A program made the translations under genes and the position numbers. Of a stretch of 64,000 nt of DNA, positions 56,862 through 64,000 are shown in pieces (the first letter of the stretch is position 1; each line of letters begins with the position of its first letter). Where the stretch lies: assembly GCA_016776925.1 (NCBI GenBank), contig JADHSL010000004.1:33302-97301 (forward strand), read 5' to 3'. The DNA comes from Pirellulales bacterium (GTDB lineage: Bacteria > Planctomycetota > Planctomycetia > Pirellulales > UBA1268). A model generated the notes under the pieces. It saw only the letters and a list, made by a program, of their open reading frames with translations. It was not told the DNA's origin and ran no database searches.

Positions 56862-57163
56862 CTGGTTTGTCCGAAAAAAATTTAGTTGTCGTAAGACAAC
56901 ACCCGTTTGTGTGATCTTTCTTGTGCAACGGTACACTGCGAATCGATTCGTGGGGCAAGAAATTCAAACCCTTACACATTGCTAGGCATTTGAATTTAAG
57001 TGAGGCCGCTGGCCAAGCCGCATACCATCCGCTGTTGCACTTTCCCAAAGTCTAACAGACCCTAAAACAGAAGACATGAGGCCGGTCGGCCACTTTTCAG
57101 AAACCCCGCAATTGCAGAAGTGCAGTTGACTCCCTTACCTCTTTCCTTCCGTAGAAAGTACAA

Positions 57164-58489
57164 ATGATCACTTACTTGAAATTAAGGTGGCTACTGAACG
57201 TCTGGTTGCTGTGTTGTGCATTTCTAATTGTATTACCGTCAATTTTGTGTGCCGAAGACTGGCCTCAGGCTCAAGGCAGCAACCGTGATAATAAATCAAC
57301 AGAAACTGGATTACTCGACAAATGGCCTAAAGAGGGCCCGACATTACTTTGGACATTCCGACATTCTGGTGTGGGATACTCCGGACCATCTGTAGTCAGT
57401 GATCGCATCTATATCATGGGCGGTCGAAACAGTCGCGCAGAGCTGCTGTCCATTGACGCTGCAAGTGGCAGACTCATCTGGTCGAAGCCTGTAAATGAAA
57501 AGATATTTGACTTTGAAGGTAACTCTTGGGGGGCTGGGCCACGGGCCACGCCTACCGTCGCAGGTGAAATGATCTATGCCTTAGCTGGTGATGGTGAACT
57601 CGCTGCGTTCAATGTGGAAGGAGAACTCCGGTGGCAAGTCAATATGGTACGCGACTTGGGTGGCTCAATCAGCATTGTGGATGCTGGTGAACCAGAAACC
57701 TATGGCTGGGGATATTGCTGGTCGCCACTCGTTGATGACAACAAAGTCATCTGCGTACCTGGAGGCGATCGAGGCATGATTGCCGCCTTAGATCGGGAAA
57801 CAGGCGAAGTGATTTGGAGGAGTGAAAATCTAACCGACGACGCAACATACTCCTCACCAATCAAAGCCACTGTGGATGGGGTGGATTTATATATCGTGAT
57901 GACGCAAGGCGGGATAGCAGGAATCGCAGCAGTCGACGGCGAGTTGCTGTGGAACTACAAACGTGACCGGCCTTACTCCGATGTGGTCATTCCCACCCCC
58001 GTTTATCACGACCAGCATGTATATGCCAGCGTTGGCTCAGCGGGCTGTGACTTAATCAGACTAGTGAAGCAGGATGAACGATCGTTCGATGTCACGCAGG
58101 TTTACTTTAGCCGCAACATGAAGAACGAGTTAGGCGGCTTCGTTTTGCACAATGGCCACATATACGGCAGCTCTTCACGACGCGGCTGGGTATGTCAAAC
58201 ATTTAGCAGTGGTGAACTGGAGTGGTACAGTAAGCGAGTCACTGATTCCTTAGGCGAAGGGTCCGTCGCTTATGCAGATGGCCATTTGTACCTTTACGCG
58301 GAACGCGAGGCAGACGTGGCACTCATCGAGGCATTTCCAGAAGGCTACGAAGAAAAGGGGCGCTTTGAACTACCTGAAGAATCACAGATGAGAGCACCAA
58401 GCGGTAAAAATTGGACGCACCCGGTAATTGCTGGTGGGAAACTCTACCTACGCGATCAGGAATTATTGTTCTGCTACGATATCAATTAA
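57164..58489 (+). CDS. PQQ-like / BamB-like beta-propeller repeat protein, exported (array member 1)
   Basis: The signal peptide is followed by DWPQAQGSNRDNKS, then repeated blades (e.g. IYALAGDGELAAFN, MIAALDRETGEVIW, LYLRDQELLFCYD). Confidence 0.8.
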   Translation: MITYLKLRWLLNVWLLCCAFLIVLPSILCAEDWPQAQGSNRDNKSTETGLLDKWPKEGPTLLWTFRHSGVGYSGPSVVSDRIYIMGGRNSRAELLSIDAASGRLIWSKPVNEKIFDFEGNSWGAGPRATPTVAGEMIYALAGDGELAAFNVEGELRWQVNMVRDLGGSISIVDAGEPETYGWGYCWSPLVDDNKVICVPGGDRGMIAALDRETGEVIWRSENLTDDATYSSPIKATVDGVDLYIVMTQGGIAGIAAVDGELLWNYKRDRPYSDVVIPTPVYHDQHVYASVGSAGCDLIRLVKQDERSFDVTQVYFSRNMKNELGGFVLHNGHIYGSSSRRGWVCQTFSSGELEWYSKRVTDSLGEGSVAYADGHLYLYAEREADVALIEAFPEGYEEKGRFELPEESQMRAPSGKNWTHPVIAGGKLYLRDQELLFCYDIN

Positions 58490-58647
58490 ATCGTATTGAA
58501 AATAAGAAATTTACTAAGATTTAGTGATAAAAGACATTGCCGTAGTGGAGAATCCAACGAGTCTTTCTCATCAGCGAGCACTCATTATCTCGTCTACTAC
58601 ATCCCTGATCGATTACACCGTAATATCACCGAATTAGAGCATAAACA

Positions 58648-60882
58648 ATGAATGATTTTCGACGGCATACATTACTTGCTTTGTTGCTATTTTTTTGCGG
58701 CCCGGTATCGGCTGCCGAATGGGCGAACTGGCGGGGACCAGAGCGAAACGGTGTGTCGCGAGAAACGGACTTACCGAATGACGTTGAAGATGTCCTTTGG
58801 AAGAAGAACGATGTGAGTTGCCGTTCTACTCCGATTGTCATGAATGACAAGGTCTATATCGTTAGCAGGATCGGAGAAGGTGCAAATGAACAAGAACGCG
58901 TCGTCTGCATGAACGCCAAAACTGGTGATCTTATCTGGGAACATCGATTTGGCATTTTTTTTACGCCAATTGTAAGTGTTCGACTTGGCTGGACCGTTCC
59001 ATTCGGTGATCCCGAAACCGGGAACGTCTATGCTCACGGGACGCAAGGCTTGTTGTTCTGTTTTGATGGTGAAACCGGAGAGGTCAAATGGCAGAAGTCA
59101 TTGACTGAGGAATTCGGCCGTATTACCGGATATGGAGGACGAGTAACTAGCCCGATCGTTGAAGGAGAGCTCGTCATCATTAGTATGATCAGTTCAAATT
59201 GGGGTGCACATGGTGGTGGCGGAGTTCGATTCCTGGCATTTGATAAGAACAACGGAGAGATGGTTTGGTGGAATACAACTGGCATTCGGCCTTCCAACAC
59301 ATACCGTTGCATCCCGGTAGTCACTACGATTAATGAGCAGCGGATTCTGATCAGTGGTGCCGGTGATGGAAACCTGCATGCATTTCAGGTCAATACGGGA
59401 AAAAAGATATGGAGTTTTGAGTTTGGAAACGGAGCGATGAATCCCTCGCCTGTGGTTGATGGAACTCGCCTGTACGCCGCACACGGTGAGGAAATTCCTG
59501 GTCGTGCCACAGTCGGTCGAGTCGCTTGCTTGGATATTGGTAGCTCCGAACCAAAAATTATTTGGGAGCATGATGGAATTGAATTCAAATATCCCTCACC
59601 ATTGCTTTACCAAGAAAACCTATTTTTGCCTGACCGACAGGGCCGACTGTATTGCTTTGATGCGACCACCGGCGAGCGACTATGGAGAGCAAAATTTGGT
59701 CGAAACTGTACCGGCTCACCCACTTATGGCGATGGCAAAATCTATCTCAGTTCCGTTCACGGATATTTCCATATTCTTGATGCAACCGACAATGGCAAGC
59801 GGCTCTCACGAAAGCGTTTCCAGCCCGCAGACCCAAAATTCGATGTTGAAGTGCAAGGCTCTGCAGCGATTGCTAACGGCTGTGTCTTCTTTGGCACAAC
59901 TGAAGAGTTCTATTGTCTTGGGAAATATCAGCAGGTGGACGTGAGGGTGCCTCCACAACCAGCTATTCCGCCTGCCAATCCTGCCGGCAAGCCAGCTCAG
60001 TTGCAAGTTATTCCAACTGAAGTAAATCTGACGGCTGGTCAGCGTGTCGATTTCAGAGCAAAGCTTTTTGACACGAACGGCCAGTTTATTAAAACGACAC
60101 CTGTTGATTTAAGGTTGGCTGCTATGAAGGCAGGTCCCGGTCTTGGAGAAGGTGTGACGCTGCCTATTCTGAGTGGCGAGATCGAAGGGACACGGTTCAC
60201 TGCACCCGAGATCTCCGGAGGGCAAAGTGGCACTTTGCTCGCAACAGCTGATGGCCTGCAAGCGAGTGTTCGTGTTCGGCAAGTCCCGGCTTTCCCATAC
60301 TCAGAAAACTTTGAAAGTACCGGTCCAGGACTCATCCCGGGGGGCTGGACGAACGCTCAACTTCGGTACGTCACGACCAAACTAGATGACGGCAACACGG
60401 TATTAATGAAGACAGCCCGGATTGCGGTCCCATTCTACCGTCAGTGGTATGGGTTTATTGGTACGCCAGATATGGCGGGATATACGATTTCCGCTGACGT
60501 GATGGGCGAGCAGGTGCGAGACAACCTGCCAAATATGGGAGTCACCGCGCATCGCTATATTCTGCAGCTTGTTGGCAACGAACAGAAACTTCGAGTCTCT
60601 GCTTGGGATGCTATGCCACGCGTCGCCAAAGAAACTCATTTCGACTGGGAACCTGACACCTGGTACCGACTGAAGATGACCGTCAGTACTGATAAAGAAC
60701 ACACTCATGTGCTTGGGAAAGCCTGGAAAAAAGGCGAGACAGAACCATCTGATTGGAACCTTAATTTGATTGATGAAAATCCTAACCTTACTGGTCCCCC
60801 TGGGGTCTACGGTTCCGCTCTTGGTATTCAACCTCCCAAAACTGGCACACCAATCTATTACGACAACATCTCAGTTGAGTAA
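58648..60882 (+). CDS. Beta-propeller repeat protein fused to Ig-like (Big_2-like) and ConA-like lectin/glucanase-fold C-terminal modules (array member 2)
   Basis: The signal peptide is followed by EWANWRGPERNGVS and a propeller of about 400 aa. A Pro-rich linker (PPQPAIPPANPAGKP) leads to an Ig-like segment (LQVIPTEVNLTAGQRVDF...), then a jelly-roll-like tail of about 190 aa ending IYYDNISVE. Confidence 0.75.
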   Translation: MNDFRRHTLLALLLFFCGPVSAAEWANWRGPERNGVSRETDLPNDVEDVLWKKNDVSCRSTPIVMNDKVYIVSRIGEGANEQERVVCMNAKTGDLIWEHRFGIFFTPIVSVRLGWTVPFGDPETGNVYAHGTQGLLFCFDGETGEVKWQKSLTEEFGRITGYGGRVTSPIVEGELVIISMISSNWGAHGGGGVRFLAFDKNNGEMVWWNTTGIRPSNTYRCIPVVTTINEQRILISGAGDGNLHAFQVNTGKKIWSFEFGNGAMNPSPVVDGTRLYAAHGEEIPGRATVGRVACLDIGSSEPKIIWEHDGIEFKYPSPLLYQENLFLPDRQGRLYCFDATTGERLWRAKFGRNCTGSPTYGDGKIYLSSVHGYFHILDATDNGKRLSRKRFQPADPKFDVEVQGSAAIANGCVFFGTTEEFYCLGKYQQVDVRVPPQPAIPPANPAGKPAQLQVIPTEVNLTAGQRVDFRAKLFDTNGQFIKTTPVDLRLAAMKAGPGLGEGVTLPILSGEIEGTRFTAPEISGGQSGTLLATADGLQASVRVRQVPAFPYSENFESTGPGLIPGGWTNAQLRYVTTKLDDGNTVLMKTARIAVPFYRQWYGFIGTPDMAGYTISADVMGEQVRDNLPNMGVTAHRYILQLVGNEQKLRVSAWDAMPRVAKETHFDWEPDTWYRLKMTVSTDKEHTHVLGKAWKKGETEPSDWNLNLIDENPNLTGPPGVYGSALGIQPPKTGTPIYYDNISVE

Positions 60883-60938
60883 ACCAAAGTTAACCCTCAC
60901 GCAGATCTTCATACACCCTATTTGTCGAGTCAAACCAC

Positions 60939-62492
60939 ATGCAAATTACCACTACGCGAATATCTCTACTTGCAATCACTTGGTTTTTGATTCTTCCATG
61001 GATAGCCATCGTTCATGCTGAAGATCAACCAGATCTGCTCGAACTTCCATCAAAAGACTGGCGAATGTATGGAGGTCATCTTCAACGCAACTTTGCGAAC
61101 CCTCTGGCTAAGGAACTTCCTGATTCATGGGACATCCGTGATGGCACAAATGTTGCCTTCTCAATTCAACTTGGTTCACGCGCCTATGGCGGCCCAGTAA
61201 TGAGTGACGGACGAATCTTGATTGGCACGAATAACGAATTTCCTCGAGATCCGTTAATTGACGGTGACAAAGGTGTAATGATGTGCTTTAGCGATAAAGA
61301 TGGTGCATTTCTGTGGCAGATTGTTCATGACAAGCTTGCCGCGGGACGTGTTTGGGACTGGCCGCAACAAGGAATATGCTCGACACCGTGCATCGAAGGC
61401 GACCGTTTCTATTACATCGGGAATCGCTGTGAAGCTATTTGTGCTGATATCAACACGGGGAAAGTACATTGGAAGCTTGACATGATTGGTGAGCTGAATG
61501 TATTCCCACATAACATTGCAACTTGCTCACCAATGATCGTCGGTGACACACTGTTTCTCGTCACCAGCAATGGGGTTGATGCAGCACATTTACGCGTTCC
61601 GTCCGAAGATAAACCCAGCTTTTTGGCACTTAGCAAAAAGGATGGCAGTGTGCTCTGGTCCAGTAATCGACCAGGTCAATCACGCAGAAATATCATGCAC
61701 GGGCAGTGGTCGAATCCGACCTATGCTCAGCCAGCAGGCAAGCCACAAGTGATTTTTCCTGGTGGTGATGGCTGGATTTATAGTTTCAACCCGACTGGAG
61801 AATTACTCTGGAAATTCGATTGCAACCCAAAAGATGCCATCTACCGACTTGGCGGCCGTGGAACCGCAAACGACTTTGTTGGAACCCCAGTGATTTACAA
61901 AGACAAGCTTTTCATTGCTGTTGGTCAAGACCCCGAGCATGACACTGGTGTTGGCCATCTTTATTGCATCGATATTACAAAAAATCCAAAACGGGAAGAT
62001 AAAGATGTTTCGCCAACACTGGCTACATATGAACCAGAGTTTAACGAACAAATCAACCCTGACTCAGCTCAAGTCTGGCACTACGGTGGGCCCGTTACAG
62101 ATGACAGACCTAGCCCGACTGATGAGACGTACTATTTTGGTCGGTCAATGTCGACCTGCGCAATCATGGATGACATTCTTTATATAACAGAACTAGGTGG
62201 CCACGTTCATTGCCTAGACGCTAACTCCGGTAAACTTTATTGGACTGAAAACATGTTTGCAAATACCTGGTCATCTCCTTGTGTCGCTGATGGCAAGGTT
62301 TTTGTAGGAAACGATGACGGCATCATGTATGTTTTCAAGCACGGTAAGGAAATGGAACTCCTCTCTGAAATTGAACATGAGGATGGAACCAAACTTCGTA
62401 CAACACCTGTCGCTGCGAACGGTCGCCTGTACTACATGAGCGAAAGCCCAACAAAGCTTTGGGCAATCGAAGCGGGAACAAATAGCAAATAA
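60939..62492 (+). CDS. Beta-propeller repeat protein, exported (array member 3)
   Basis: The signal peptide is followed by DWRMYGGHLQRNFA, then WDWPQQGICSTPCIEGDRFYY and HGQWSNPTY...FPGGDGWIYSFN. It is clearly paralogous to the next gene. Confidence 0.8.
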   Translation: MQITTTRISLLAITWFLILPWIAIVHAEDQPDLLELPSKDWRMYGGHLQRNFANPLAKELPDSWDIRDGTNVAFSIQLGSRAYGGPVMSDGRILIGTNNEFPRDPLIDGDKGVMMCFSDKDGAFLWQIVHDKLAAGRVWDWPQQGICSTPCIEGDRFYYIGNRCEAICADINTGKVHWKLDMIGELNVFPHNIATCSPMIVGDTLFLVTSNGVDAAHLRVPSEDKPSFLALSKKDGSVLWSSNRPGQSRRNIMHGQWSNPTYAQPAGKPQVIFPGGDGWIYSFNPTGELLWKFDCNPKDAIYRLGGRGTANDFVGTPVIYKDKLFIAVGQDPEHDTGVGHLYCIDITKNPKREDKDVSPTLATYEPEFNEQINPDSAQVWHYGGPVTDDRPSPTDETYYFGRSMSTCAIMDDILYITELGGHVHCLDANSGKLYWTENMFANTWSSPCVADGKVFVGNDDGIMYVFKHGKEMELLSEIEHEDGTKLRTTPVAANGRLYYMSESPTKLWAIEAGTNSK

Positions 62493-62551
62493 CTTGTACC
62501 CATATTCCCATACCCTTTGGTCAATGGGTGTGTCACATTGGAGGCAGTTCA

Positions 62552-64000
62552 GTGAGATTTTTGAGTATTCTTTTTTTCTTTTTTACATGGCTCGCCCTTT
62601 CCCTGCATGAAACGGCTTCTGCGAAGGATTGGAACCAATGGGGTGGTTCACCTCATCGAAATAATGTGGCCGAAGCTGCAGGAATGCCAGTTGAATGGGA
62701 GCCTGGTGAATTTGACTATGAGTCTGGTCAGTGGCAAGCAGATACGAGTAAGAACATTGCGTGGGTGGCCACACTTGGCAGTCAGAGTTACGGGAACCCG
62801 GTTGTCTCAAATGGAAAGATATTTGTAGGAACAAATAATGGCAATGGCTGGATCGAACGGTATCCGGCAAAGGTGGACTTAGGCTGCCTTATTGCCTTTG
62901 ATGTTACGGATGGGACATTCCTGTGGCAGGATTCAAGTGAAAAACTTCCATCAGGTCGAGTACACGACTGGCCCCTTCAAGGAATCTGTTGCTCACCTTT
63001 GGTCGAAGGCGACCGACTCTGGTACGTGAGTAGTCGGGGTGAGGTTAAATGCCTTGACACAGAAGGTTTTCACGATGGTGAAAATGATGGGCCTTTTATC
63101 GAAGAGGTGGCAGAAGACAACTCTGAGGCTGATGTCGTGTGGGTACTAAATATGATGACCACGCTCGGAGTATCGCAACACAATATGTGTTCCTGCAGTG
63201 TCACAGGAGCAGGCAACCTACTCTTTGTGAATACCAGTAACGGTGTTGATGAAGGACATATCAGTTTGCCAAATCCAAATGCGCCGAGCTTTATCTGTGT
63301 CGATAAAAGAGATGGAAAAGTCTTATGGACAGACGCCTCACCAGGCCCAAATGTCCTTCATGGGCAATGGTCAAGCCCTGGATACGCTGAAGTTGAGGGC
63401 GTGCCACAGGTCTTTTTTGGTGGTGGTGATGGTTGGGTCTATAGCTTTGACGCACGCGGAGATGGAAACGGTGGTGCAAAGCTCCTTTGGGAGTTTGATT
63501 GCAACCCAAAGGAATCCAAATATTCCCTCGGCGGACGAGCAGACAGAAACCATATCATCGGAACGCCAGTCTTCCACAAAGGCCTTGTTTACATAGCAGT
63601 TGGTGAAGACCCAGAGCATGGTGAAGGAGCTGGTCATCTCTGGTGTATTGATCCAACAAAGCGAGGTGACACAAGCCCTGAACTTGCTATTAGCCTTGAG
63701 GCTCCGGACACACCACTTCCACATCGTCGTCTCCAGGCAGTCAACAAGGAAAACGGCGAGGCGGCATGTCCTAATCCCAACTCGGCAGCTGTTTGGCACT
63801 ACCCAGGATTTGATACCGACGGAAACGGGAAACTCAGTTTTGAGGAAACAATGCACCGCACCTGTGGCACGGTTGCAATCAAAGACAGCTTACTCTTTGT
63901 TGCAGATTTTAGTGGGCTATTTCATTGTCTTGATGTCTCGACTGGAAAACCATATTGGACCTACGACATGCTGGCAGCGAGTTGGGGATCTCCTCTTCTT
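62552..64000 (+). CDS. Beta-propeller repeat protein with EF-hand loop, partial (array member 4; runs off the right edge)
   Basis: This gene is not in the supplied ORF track because it has no stop codon in the window. My own translation starts at the GTG at 62552, with GGAGG at 62540..62544. It gives VRFLSILFFFFTWLALSLHETASAKDWNQWGGSPHRNNV...HDWPLQGICCSPLVEGDRLWY...HGQWSSPGY...GGGDGWVYSFD.... The frame stays open for all 483 codons to 64000. Confidence 0.8.
   Translation, partial: MRFLSILFFFFTWLALSLHETASAKDWNQWGGSPHRNNVAEAAGMPVEWEPGEFDYESGQWQADTSKNIAWVATLGSQSYGNPVVSNGKIFVGTNNGNGWIERYPAKVDLGCLIAFDVTDGTFLWQDSSEKLPSGRVHDWPLQGICCSPLVEGDRLWYVSSRGEVKCLDTEGFHDGENDGPFIEEVAEDNSEADVVWVLNMMTTLGVSQHNMCSCSVTGAGNLLFVNTSNGVDEGHISLPNPNAPSFICVDKRDGKVLWTDASPGPNVLHGQWSSPGYAEVEGVPQVFFGGGDGWVYSFDARGDGNGGAKLLWEFDCNPKESKYSLGGRADRNHIIGTPVFHKGLVYIAVGEDPEHGEGAGHLWCIDPTKRGDTSPELAISLEAPDTPLPHRRLQAVNKENGEAACPNPNSAAVWHYPGFDTDGNGKLSFEETMHRTCGTVAIKDSLLFVADFSGLFHCLDVSTGKPYWTYDMLAASWGSPLL

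Noticed and set aside
56862-57163. tmRNA (ssrA) gene next to smpB.
   Set aside because: The 302-nt spacer has no GGGGC(U/A)GA 5' end, no tRNA-like T-arm/CCA end, and no tag-peptide reading frame. ssrA is not obligatorily linked to smpB.
1-64000. Mobile elements, prophage, CRISPR arrays, defence islands, and tRNA/rRNA genes.
   Set aside because: No transposase, integrase, Cas, restriction, toxin-antitoxin or phage structural signatures were recognisable in any listed ORF. No regularly spaced direct repeats were seen, and no tRNA-like T-arm/acceptor sequences were found on visual scan. Absence by eye is not proof; tRNAscan-SE, ISfinder and DefenseFinder runs would confirm.

Overview
This 64-kb chromosomal window has about 50% GC and reads like a marine Planctomycetota genome. 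The taxon is inference only. It rests on many Cys-type formylglycine sulfatases, BamB/PQQ-like beta-propellers whose mature N-termini start with a W-x-x-W/Y-(R/G)-G motif, a signal-peptide-rich proteome, and an RpoD with an acidic N-terminal extension.

I can support about 52 protein-coding genes, one of them partial at each window edge. I found no rRNA, tRNA, tmRNA, CRISPR array, transposase or integrase.

- **Left third (0.3-21 kb):** a sulfated-glycan utilisation island. It holds five sulfatases, a GH16, a clan GH-A (GH10-like) hydrolase, two alpha/beta-fold esterases, an exported tandem-NIPSNAP protein, a cupin, an AraC regulator, an exported beta-carbonic anhydrase and one propeller. A SulP-STAS-carbonic-anhydrase fusion closes the island, and its CA module has lost the first zinc-ligand cysteine.
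- **Middle (21-57 kb):** mostly housekeeping genes. These include an HDAC-like deacetylase, an SLC13 permease, tyrA-purSL-purQ, rpoD, cysC, ygiQ, trpC, purH, ktrAB and smpB. They are interleaved with uncharacterised envelope genes: an orphan GspF-like protein with a HEAT-repeat partner, and a mini-secretin-like lipoprotein followed by a CpaB/SAF protein with a roughly 500-aa disordered tail.
- **Right end (57.2-64 kb):** four co-directional paralogous beta-propeller genes. One is fused to Ig-like and ConA-like modules, and one carries a canonical EF-hand loop.

The most second-look-worthy items are the degenerate CA fused to SulP, the secretin-like/CpaB-like pair, the propeller array, and the PurS-PurS-PurL fusion. 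All functional calls come from motif recognition by eye; no database search was run.
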